This document shows, one piece after another, positions 52,794-64,000 of a DNA stretch of 64,000 bases (the stretch's first letter is position 1; each line of letters starts with the position of its first letter). A program made the position numbers and the translations under genes. The notes under the pieces are model-generated. The model saw only the letters and a list, made by a program, of their open reading frames with translations. It was not told the origin of the DNA and made no database searches. The stretch is from Mizuhopecten yessoensis (Eukaryota). The stretch is from the NCBI RefSeq assembly GCF_002113885.1, contig NW_018408842.1, forward strand, positions 178,074 to 242,073, read 5' to 3'.

Positions 52794-54269
52794 TTACAAG
52801 ATAGTCATGCTGTAGGATTCAGGGTTGTTAAGAATGGTCATGAAGTCGCGACGGAGTTCTTGGGATGATGTGTAACCCACTGGAAGCTCCAGCGTGTTGC
52901 TACAGGTGTGCGCCACAGGATGCATGGCCAGACCCTCCACACGGCTGAAAAGCACCTTTATAGGGCTATCCTGTGGAAGGGCGTCTGAACCTGTGAGGAA
53001 TACCAAGAAGTGCGATAGGTCCTCAGGACACAGGACGGAAATAAAGTCTTTCAAGAAATAAAAGACACGATCTTCCTCTTCACGCAAGTGTTCTACATCA
53101 GTCTCAATACGGTCAATCACTCTCTGCGGTGTTGGTTCGAGCACTCTGTATATACGATTTAATTCTTCTATGTTCAGTCGATTCCAAAAGAGTTCTAAAT
53201 GAGAAGGTGGAATGCCGGACTTCATCCAAGTTGTAAACATCATGCAAGTTCCACAGAGCTGTGTTTTGCCTAAGTTCAAAATATTCTGTCGAAAGTTTTC
53301 CTTTTTAGGTTGACCTGTGAGTGAATACCTGGTGAACATATCCAGCAATGAGCTGACATTTCCTTGTGTAAGGTTATCGAAATCAGCCAGCCCTTTCCTG
53401 GTTAACATTCTCTCATTTGGAGTGAGAAACAAAAGAACGTCCTTCAAAATTGACTCTTCATCTTCAACAACAGCACTGTGAATCATTGTGTACAGCATGC
53501 ATCTGAAAAACAACAACATGATTCATTATGTGTTCAACGCAAAACATATCTTATGCACCTGGAATAACTAGAACGGTGCATTTTCCTTTTAAAACGATGT
53601 TTGCTTTATACAGGAATTGCTCTACATAGTAGCTAATGACGGATGCGGATTCAGATTTCAACAAAGTTAAGGTGTGAAAATATATTTATTAAAATAAATA
53701 AATCTATTTATTATTGAATGGTTTAATATTGATAGGTGTTTGTATAAAATTATTACACACGAAAACTCGTAGCCAAACAAGTTATAAACATTTATTGCAG
53801 CCTAAATTTTACATCCTGTGGTTTTTTTTTTACGTTTCCTACATCTATAAATGAATAATAATACAGATTTACATAAAGATGTTTAAATGAGCAGATATTT
53901 AAAATAGATGTAAATACCTTGAGAGTCGGACAGGAAATGTACCAGTTAGAGCCACGCTGTGACTGAGAATCCTTCCTAGAATCGGGTACACACGCTGGGC
54001 CTCTGCAAATTTACTGGCCCCTAAATATGGAACAAGGGAGTTCTCTCCCCTGAAATATTCTCTGAAGGCTCTGTCCCAAAAGGTCGAGAACGCATCCTTT
54101 GTTAGACCACCTGTGTCCATTCCGATTTCCCCTACAAACCTTACATACAAGCGTTTGGTAACAATCGTCTCGTCATTATACAAATCCAGTAAATTAGCAA
54201 GGATAGACTGTCGGTTCAGGTCCACGTGTTGTATCTCGTCACCAATACTTCCTTGTAGAGCTTCCATAC
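52794..54269 (-). CDS. HECT E3 ubiquitin ligase domain (G2E3-like); last two exons 54269-53918 and 53502-52794
   Basis: VRFVGEIGMDTGGLTKDAF, GRILSHS, FLVFLTGSD, HPVAHTCSNTLELP with catalytic Cys; phase-2 GT/AG intron joins LSR|CML in frame. Confidence 0.9.
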
Positions 54270-57200
54270 CTGAAATTAGTGTTTATTGTTTTTATAATGT
54301 CATCACAAAATGACCGTAATTTTTATCATTAAGTTTGATTAAAATGGTAATTCTGAGTTGAAATTATATAAACTGTACATACAAAATGTACACATTTGAA
54401 GGAAGCGTGATCAATCACTGTTATATATAATAACACATAGTCTATAAAACAGCATAATTGATAGCATGGATACCTGATGTGAAATACGACAGAAATCATT
54501 ATTTCGTATAGTTATAAACTATGTATACATGTATATATGTTAATTGATATGTCCTGTGGTGTTTTTTTTTACAGTACTGAGTATTGGCTCAATATGCCTA
54601 TCACATGGTTGTTTGGTAGAAATCGTTAAAATAGTTATTGATACAGTAGTGCATTGTGACGTTTACAATATTTAATTAATATATATAAAAGAAGCTTCAT
54701 TTGAAAAAAATGTACATTCCTTTTGTAATGTTAGTCAAAAACGGTACATCGTATAATAACAAACAGTTAACCTTGTTTAATATCAGTCATACATGATACA
54801 CAATAAATGATAAAACGTTTGTTACGAAAAATAGAATTCATTAAATCTGTTAAATATTGATTGTTCATGAAAAAAAGTACAATAAAAAAAATGAATATTG
54901 ATAAATAATTAACATTTGTTTTAAATATCAGTTTTGAATGAAAATTATTGTGTAAGACTTAATTCTTTGTAATACATAGGAGTTATAAATGACATCAGAT
55001 AAATCATATATAATATACACTTACATTGTGCTATGTTCGGAGAAAACTGCTCCACCCTGTTAGCATCATCCGTGTCCAACTGGTTAACAACCTCAGCTAT
55101 TAAATCGAGCAATTAGTGCAAAATTAATCAAATAACACTAACAAAAGGAATAGCAAACTACACAAGAAGGGCAAAACTTTATTTTTTCATGTAAAGACCA
55201 TTGAAATCTGGTAAAAATATCTTAAAGCAGGTACAATCTAACTTTTATGTAATAACTCTGAATCAACAACGAAAGTTACTCACTAACTTACTTCCGAAAT
55301 AATTACATAATTAAACGAAGTATCATTTTGTACCTAACAGTGATTTGTTTCTTATAAAAAATTATGTACTTATATTTGAACGTCACATTACAATGCAACA
55401 TACCTTATTCAATTACAGTGTATTTGATATAAAATTTCACTTCTTATATAATGTTAATTTTTGAATTAGTATACAAAGTGCTGTTTGCTTTTTGAGGTTG
55501 TCTACAGTTCCAATAGAAACTTTGAAGTTCACTTATTGGTAGATTTTTACCTTGACCCCTGCGTAATTCTTGAATTTGTCCTTCTGGTTCAGCGTCTGCA
55601 CCAGGAACTAAAATTAAAGGATGTCTCCATATTAAAATATTAAATTGTACCTGTAAGATAATGTACCGAGTCACTATTATATTTCTTATAATGAATCATA
55701 GTTTATGTCCCCAATGCTGAAGAGAAATTCTGATAATAACGCATCTTATGACGATCAAGTGCGTATGTGTTGTGGAACCAATAAGACCCCTAAACATTTC
55801 TTATTTGGGGATTATCAATTTTAAAGTCTGTTTGTTTGTTGTCTGCTGTTTTATTGTGTGTGAGTGTGTGTGTGTTTGTTGTTATTTTTTGTTTTTGTTC
55901 CTATGAGTTTGGCTTTCCACATGCCTACTTTTTTGTTATTTTTTGTTATTGTTCCTTTGAGTTTGGCTTTCCACATGCCTACCTTTTTGTTAATTTTTGT
56001 TTTTGTTCCTTTGAGTTTGGCTCTCCACATGCCTACTTTTTTGTTATTTTTTGTTTTTGTTCCTTTGAGTTTGGCTTTCCACATGCCTACCTTTTTAAAT
56101 ATATGGTTCTGTCAGTATATTTACCTAATCACTATTGTCTATGTCATTATCAACAGTCAAATGTTTCGATGTCTTTTTGAAGTACAAGGTAACAGTACTA
56201 CAGTTACCATCCGCGAAAGTGACATTAACACTAAATCTGTCAGTGGCTTCCTCTAAAATAACTTTTTATGAACTGTTTTGTAAGTGTCCTCCCGTCTCTT
56301 CTGAATGTTTCTTTGTTCATAAGTATCGATGTCACTTTGGCTGCAAGTGGCGTCCTTAAACCTACCATCAGTGTCTTCAATAGTAAAGCTATTAATCTTT
56401 AACTTAATTTAATAATAAAAAGAAATTGAACAAATATTATACAGAATATATATAACATATCAACAAAGTTATATACAAAATATCCTATAAATGTCACTAG
56501 AGTTCTACATATAGAATATCAATAACATATCAAAATTATTCTTTATATTAAAAATGTGTATAAAGAAAATATATTACACATTAACATAAACTTATATACA
56601 TAACATGCATTCTAAATCAACATAGTTCTTGATACAGAACGTGTTATACATATCGGCGTGAGTATATGTATATAATATATATTTTTCCTATCGATAATTT
56701 CAAACATAAAATATATAATACATAATTCGATATATAAAATATCTAATTCATATCTATACATTAAATATAGCATATCTACATAGTTCTTTATATCGAAAAT
56801 GTATAACATATCAATATAATGATATTAAATAAATTTAGAATATAAATTATGTGTGCAATGAAATAAATCGGGTACATTGTATATGTTATGACCAACCCAC
56901 ACACAAAATCTTAACAAAATTAAGAAATGAAGCAAAACGCGAAAATGTGTTCAGGAACATGATATGCATATAAGATACCTTGAATAAAAGGCGGAACAGC
57001 TCCATCTCTTTGGTACACTGGTTCCGGTACATCAATAAAGCCATCAACTGAAACGTGATAAAAACATATCTACTCAACAGATGTACTCGGATAACATAAA
57101 ATAGTCCCACGAGAACAAGGGCAGGGCAAGGAGTTGAAATTGTGTTTGTCATGTTATTTATTAAGGGGGTAGTTGTACCTAAACAAAAAAGGTTTTATTC

Positions 57201-60200
57201 TGATTAGATTGTATCTTAACCTTAAAACTTTTACAACAAGCGCTCTACAAACCTATTCTAAATACTCTTCTTGGTCCGGAAGGCAGTGTGTAAGGGGGTT
57301 ATAACATGAAAGTGAACCGGAGTACCACGAGAAAGCTCAAGTAATTGTCCTGGTAGGTAACATCCAATGTTCAATGTTAACTGAGCGTTAAAATATCAAG
57401 GCTACTTGCCTTATACCTTACGGCAACTAATTTAGGATAAAAGGAATCTACTAATTGTTATTACCTTCCTGGAATAAACGACGATCTGTTTCAGGCTGGT
57501 AATCAAAATATGCTGCAATGATAATTTACAATAAAATACATACGTACAGAAGATGGGAGATCCTCCGATTGAATATCAAATCGATATAAATTCCCATGCT
57601 TCTGATACATGTAGTTACAATTCCGGTCTGATGACCGATTCCCTTCTCTTATCAAAACTATTTACGTGCGCTACTCATAAACTCATTCCCTTACTTACTG
57701 ATAACTAATTACCTTCTCTACTGATAACTAATTACCTTATCTGCTTATAACTAATTCCCTTCTCTACTGATAACTAATTCCCTTATCTACTGTAACTAAT
57801 TCCCTTCTCTACTGATAACTAATTCCCTTATCTACTGATAACTAATTCCCTTCTCTACTGATAACTAATTCCAATCTCTACTGATAACAATTACCCTTCT
57901 CCACTAATAACTAAATTCCTTCTTTACTTATTAATAATTAATTACCTTATCTACTGATAACTTATAACCTTCTCTACTGATAACTAATCCCCCTTTCTAC
58001 TGATAACTAATGCGCTTCTCTACTGATAGCTTTTTACCGTCTACTGATAACTTATTCCCTTCTGTACTGATAACTTATTACCTTCCCTACTAATAACTAA
58101 TTCCCTTCTCTACTGATAACTAATTCCATTCTCTACTGATAACTAATTCCATACTCTACTGATAACTTTTTACCGTCTACTGATAACTTATTCCCCTCTG
58201 TACTGATAACTAATTACCTTCCCTAATAATACCTTATTACCTTCTCTATTGATAACTAATTCCATTCTCTACTGATAACTAATTACCTTTCCTACCCATG
58301 AATAATAGCTTCTCTACTCAAAACTAATTCCCTTCTTTCCTCATAATATTAATAACCTTATCTACTGATACCTAATTCCTTCTCTACTGGTATTGAATTA
58401 CCTTCTCTACTATAACTAATTATATAAGCACCTTCCCTACTGATAACTAATTACCTTCTCTACTCATAACTAAAAACACTCTCTACTGCTAACTTATTCC
58501 CTGTTTTACTGATACTTAATTACTTACTCTTCTCATAAATAATTTTCTTTTCTACTTATAATTAATTTCCATCTCTACTGATAACTATTACTTACTCAAC
58601 TGATAATTAATTACCTTCTTTCCTCATAACTAATTCCCTCTCTACTCATAACTATTTTCCTGCTCTACTGATAACAAAGTATCTTCTCTTCCGATAACTA
58701 ATTGCCTTCTCAACTGATAACGTATTACATTCTCTTCTCATTAGTTATTGCTGCTCTACTGATAACTAATTACCTTCTCGACTGATAACTTATTACTTTC
58801 TCTACTCATAACTAATTATCCTTTCTACTGATAACATATTCCCTTCTCGACTGTAAACTAGTGACCTTCTCTACTCATAACTAATTACCGTGTCTACTTA
58901 TAACTAATTCCCTTCTCTGCTGATAACTAATTCCCTTCTCTGCTGATAACTAATTCCCTTCTCTGCTGATAACTAATTACCTTCTCTGCTGATAACTAGT
59001 TACAAAGCATTGAATTGGCCGCTCAACTGAAGATTTTCTCTGAAATACGTGACACGCAGAACGATTAATCTTTTTGTCTACCCTGGTTGACTTTTTATCT
59101 CTGCTTCAAGATTTCAGAAACATAAAGATAAATCTCTGTCTGGTAAAGTATACCTGTATTTCCTCTATTGATGGATAAAACGTACAGATAAATCTCTGTC
59201 TGGTAAAGTATACCTGTATTTCCTCTATTGAGTAGATATAACGTACAGATAAATCTCTGTCTGGTAAAGTATACCTGTATTTCCTCTATTGAGTAGATAT
59301 AACGTACAGATAAATCTCTGTCTGGTAAAGTATACCTGTATTTCCTCTATTGAGTAGATATAACGTACAGATAAATCTCTGTCTGGTAAAGTATACCTGT
59401 ATTTCCTCTATTGAGTAGATATAACGTACAGATAAATCTCTGTCTGGTAAAGTATACCTGTATTTCCTCTATTGAGTAGATATAACGTACAGATAAATCT
59501 CTGTCTGGTAAAGTATACCTGTATTTCCTCTATTGAGTAGATATAACGTACAGATAAATCTCTGTCTGGTAAAGTATACCTGTATTTCCTCTATTGAGTA
59601 GATATAACGTACAGATAAATCTCTGTCTGGTAAAGTATACCTGTATTTCCTCTATTGAGTAGATATAACGTACAGATAAATCTCTGTCTGGTAAAGTATA
59701 CCTGTATTTCCTCCATTGAGTAGACATAACGTACCTCCTCCTCCAAAGATTGGGATTGGATCAGGCATTCCTTGTGGTTCCACTGGGTGAGTAGCTTGTG
59801 TTTGCTGGACTTGCCCTTCGAGTAAAATGTAAATATATAAAACAATACGTTCATCATATCAATTCAAGGTACTCTGTATACTGTCCATAATTCTAGATAG
59901 GCTGTACATTTTCAATACCGAATTCTATGTTTACTGTTTGCCTTTCACAGCTTAGTATTGGTGCACTAGATACCCTACAAAACAAATAGAGTTGTGTTAC
60001 ATTGGTATGTAACTCCCTGGTATCACAGAAAAGCAACTGCCTGTCCTACTGATAAAAAATGACGTTCTATTCAAAACTATTCAAAACTATTCAAAATTGA
60101 TCCCCGATCATGTTGAACACCACGTGAATACAGAATCTGGCCGCTTTGTTTTACTGGAGTTGAAAGCGAGTATCATTATTTGTTTATATGTTCAAATGCT

Positions 60201-63200
60201 TATGTAAGTCAAATCCGCAGAAAATATATACCTATTTATTACCTCTAATCCATCTGTTCATAAAATGAAAGGGTTAATATCAATATGCAATGTTAGATTA
60301 TTATCAAATCTATCGCTGTTCATACAATAACTAGAAAGACAATTAAAAAATAATATGTGAATTTCACACATCAAACTGTAAACTTTTGTATACATATAGA
60401 TATTACTGACAAACCTAACATAATTGCATTGTATAATGAGTGTGGTTATAGCTTGTTTATCATGGTTTGTTTGTTATATCCCTGATTGAAGGTATTTGTA
60501 TCTGTCTATTACAGTATTGCATGATAGGATTGTAACACTGTCTTTTATACCTTTGTAATAGTATATGGTATGATGAGTATGATAGTGACTATTATGCCAT
60601 GGTATGATTGCACTGTATGGTGTGGAATACTATCTATAATACATGTATCATGTAGTGCGAGTAATATATGTGTGACACTGTAATAATATTATTGTAGGAT
60701 TGTACTGTAAGATGGATACACCAGTGCCTGCTATACCACTGTGTGAACGCACGGTATGGGTAGATGAAATGCTATGTATTATACCATCGTAACAGTATTG
60801 TAAAATGAGTGTAATACTGTATATCACTGTATGATGAGTGTCATTGTATGCGCAGTGCGTTATATTGTCTATTATAACAAGGTATGATAGTTCGTATGAA
60901 CAGTGTAATAGTGTGTTTATCATTGTATGAGGAGTGTAATAATTTCCACTATATTATTGTTCGCTTGCATAGTAAGATGAATGCTTTACGGTCAACCATA
61001 TCATTGTTATATTGTACTTTTTGTTGCGCACAATAGTGTGTCTGAGTGATAATAAAAATCTCTGAAAATCTCTGAATCTCTGACACCTAATCCCGGTCCT
61101 ACTTAACAGATAACGAACCCCCGTTCAGACGGATAACCTACTCCCGTCCAACTGATACTGTAGCTTATCCCCTGTCCTGTTCAAAACTAATCCCATATCC
61201 TAATGATAACTAATCCCCCGTCCTATTGACAACTAACCCCTGTCCTGTTCAAAACTAATCCCATATCCTATTGACAACTAACCCCTCGTCCTATTGACAA
61301 CTAACCCCTCGTCCTATTGACACCTAACCCCTCGTCCTATTGACAACTACCCCCTGTCCTATTGACAACTAACCCCTGTCCTATTGACAACTTACCCTGT
61401 CCTATTGACAACTAACCCATGTCCTATTGACAACTAACCCCTGTCCTATTGACAACTAACCCCTGTCCTATTGACAACTAACCCCTGTCCTATTGACAAC
61501 TAACCCCTGTCCTGCTAGTAATCCCCGCCCACTGTTTACTAATCCCCGTCGTACTGATAACTATTCTCCGTTCTTCTGACCAACTGATAAACTAAATTGA
61601 TAATTAAATGATAACCCAAAATGACTAATACATTACAATCATCCCTATATTCATTTTATGTCAATTCATTCACTGTAGATGTGCAGCAAGCTAGTCATTT
61701 TCAATTTTATCTTCACTAAAAAAACTATTAATTAAATATGATTACACAGTAAACGTCTACTGATAATCTATAGAGATACAATAAACCTCTACTGATGATC
61801 TATAGATACACAGTAAACCTCTACTGATGATCTAAAGAGACACAGTAAACCTCTACTGATGATCTATAGATACACAGTAAACCTCTACTGATGATCTATA
61901 GATACACAGTAAACCTCTACTGATGATCTAAAGAGACACAGTAAACATCTACTGATAATCTATAGATACACAATTAACCTCTACTGATGATCTATAGAGA
62001 CACAATAAACCTCTACTGATAATCTATAGATACACAATTAACCTCTACTGATGATCTATAGATACACAATAAACCTCTACTGATAATCTATAGATACACA
62101 ATTAACCTCTACTGATGATCTATAGATACACAATAAACCTCTACTGATAATCTATAGAGACACAATAAACCTCTACTGATGATCTATAGATACACAATAA
62201 ACCTCTACTGATAATCTATAGATACACAATTAACCTCTACTGATGATCTATAGATACACAATAAACCTCTACTGATAATCTATAGAGACACAATAAACCT
62301 CTACTGATGATCTATAGATACACAATAAACCTCTACTGATAATCTATAGATACACAATTAACCTCTACTGATGATCTATAGATACACAATAAACCTCTAC
62401 TGATAATCTATAGAGACACAATAAACCTCTACTGATGATCTATAGAGACACAATAAACCTCTACTGATAATCTATAGATACACAATTAACCTCTACTGAT
62501 GATCTATAGATACACAATAAACCTCTACTGATAATCTATAGAGACACAATAAACCTCTACTGATGATCTATAGAGACACAATAAACCTCTACTGATAATC
62601 TATAGATACACAATTAACCTCTACTGATGATCTATAGATACACAATAAACCTCTACTGATAATCTATAGAGACACAATAAACCTCTACTGATGATCTATA
62701 GAGACACAATAAACCTCTACTGATAATCTATAGATACACAATTAACCTCTACTGATGATCTATAGATACACAATAAACCTCTACTGATAATCTATAGAGA
62801 CACAATAAACCTCTACTGATGATCTATAGAGACACAATAAACCTCTACTGATAATCTATAGATACACAATTAACCTCTACTGATGATCTATAGAGACACA
62901 ATAAACCTCTACTGATGATCTATAGAGACACAATAAACCTCTACTGATAATCTATAGATACACAATTAACCTCTACTGATGATCTATAGAGACACAATAA
63001 ACCTCTACTGATGATCTATAGAGACACAATAAACCTCTACTGATAATCTATAGATACACAATTAACCTCTACTGATGATCTATAGAGACACAATAAACCT
63101 CTACTGATAATCTATAGATACACAATTAACCTCTACTGATGATCTATAGATACACAATTAACCTGTACTGATGATTATAGAGACACAATTAACCTCTACT

Positions 63201-63915
63201 GATGATCTATAGAGACACAATATACCTCTACTGATGATCTATAGATACACAATAAACCTCTACTGATGTTCTATAGAGACACAATAAACCTCTGTTAATC
63301 TACTTAAACCTCAACAAACCTGGCACTCCTTGCTCCTGTATAGGATGGGAAGTGTGTATCTCGTGGGGAGGGGGAACTGTTACGTTGGCTCTCACTTCAG
63401 AAATCTGCCTGGTGAAATTGTCAATGATGCGTGCAGCCTCGATGTGAATGTCTTTGACCATGTCTCGCAATGCGCTGTATTCCCCAACCCTGATTATATG
63501 TTTTTCTTCCAGAACCTAATATTGTTCAACAAAAAATAGAACGAGAAATCGAGTAAATAACGACAAACAGCAAAACATACTAATGATGATAATACAAATA
63601 TTGACCCGAATTAGCTCTTTCTAGGTATAGTGTTAATTGATGGCGTCACAACAATACTAACCAGAAATACATTTTGTGCAACACAGTAATTCAATCCAGC
63701 GGTTTATCAAAACAAGTATAATTTACCTGCATTGCCGTTAAGATGCTCCTGCTAGCCTGCTGCACAAACCTTGGTGTAAGATATATTGATAACTGAAATT
63801 TGAAAACTTCCCAGCTATCTTGCAGTGAGGGATGAATGTATCCATGTAAGGCTTTACACATTTCAGAATGAAGTTGGCGGACCCTGAGCTCGGCTTCCTC
63901 GGCAGTGTAAGCCAT
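52794..63915 (-). CDS. Proposed full gene: DED-like domain, linker, HECT ligase, ~605 aa; exons 63915-63727, 63515-63320, 59815-59735, 57512-57465, 57047-56979, 56252-56208, 55607-55551, 55096-55025, 54269-53918, 53502-52794
   Basis: All junctions GT/AG and phase-compatible (0,1,1,1,1,1,1,1,2); total 1818 nt without internal stop; small exons were identified by eye, so the set may be incomplete. Confidence 0.6.
55880..56096 (+). repeat. 54-bp minisatellite, 4 copies (intronic)
   Basis: GAGTTTGGCTTTCCACATGCCTAC at 55905, 55959, 56013, 56067. Confidence 0.95.
57685..59002 (+). repeat. 23-bp minisatellite, roughly 55 copies (intronic)
   Basis: Unit CTACTGATAACTAATTCCCTTCT; most degenerate in the centre. 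Confidence 0.95.
59125..59734 (+). repeat. 61-bp minisatellite, 10 nearly identical copies (intronic)
   Basis: Unit AGATAAATCTCTGTCTGGTAAAGTATACCTGTATTTCCTCTATTGAGTAGATATAACGTAC. Confidence 0.97.
61080..61600 (+). repeat. 22-bp minisatellite (intronic)
   Basis: Unit CTATTGACAACTAACCCCTGTC. Confidence 0.92.
61744..63300 (+). repeat. 32-bp minisatellite, about 48 copies, with 128-bp higher-order structure (intronic)
   Basis: Unit CACAATAAACCTCTACTGATGATCTATAGATA with three variable positions. Confidence 0.97.
63320..63915 (-). CDS. Two exons encoding a death-effector-domain-like (death-fold) module
   Basis: Spliced peptide MAYTAEEAELRVRQLHSEMCKALHGYIHPSLQDSWEVFKFQLSIYLTPRFVQQASRSILTAMQ|VLEEKHIIRVGEYSALRDMVKDIHIEAARIIDNF; FKF and LEEKHIIRVGEYSAL resemble the DED patterns LKFL and LExxxxIxxxNxxxL. 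Confidence 0.6.
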
Positions 63916-64000
63916 ATAGCTGTTTAGGTATAAACTGTAAAGAGATAACTCATACTTAGACGATAATTATAACTTGACAATCTAATTTAAACGCAGATTT

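Noticed and set aside
55836-56256. Hydrophobic repeat ORFs resembling membrane proteins
   Set aside because: Translation of a T-rich 54-bp intronic minisatellite
57548-57605. Extra candidate exon in the HECT gene
   Set aside because: Stop codon in the phase-1 frame, and the downstream intron would be only about 36 nt
60430-60960. TGTA/TGAT-rich tract with a 91-aa ORF
   Set aside because: Degenerate low-complexity repeat with no clear period or coding signal

Overview
AT-rich animal genomic DNA, most likely a bivalve mollusc (Helentron/HINE satellite-carrying elements, CORE- and V-type SINEs, CR1-like LINE, Tc1 elements). Two gene systems dominate. (1) From about 4 to 50 kb lies a tandem array of at least eight sepiapterin-reductase-like SDR genes: five intact three-exon genes on the minus strand (268-275 aa) and three pseudogenes (one LINE-disrupted, one internally deleted, one inverted). 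The paralogs fall into two classes at the cofactor-determining position after beta-strand 2: Ala-Arg (NADP(H) signature, as in canonical SPR) versus Asp/Glu-hydrophobic with a 2-aa deletion (NAD(H) signature). One gene of each class was re-duplicated as a pair, and all intact copies have lost the C-terminal pterin-anchoring Asp. (2) From 52.8 to 63.9 kb lies a minus-strand gene that I assemble by hand as an N-terminal death-effector-domain-like module, a chain of small symmetric phase-1 exons and a C-terminal G2E3-like HECT ubiquitin ligase domain (about 605 aa). Its introns contain five minisatellites, three of which share a core motif. Exon boundaries were read manually from GT/AG sites and reading frame; no database search was run.
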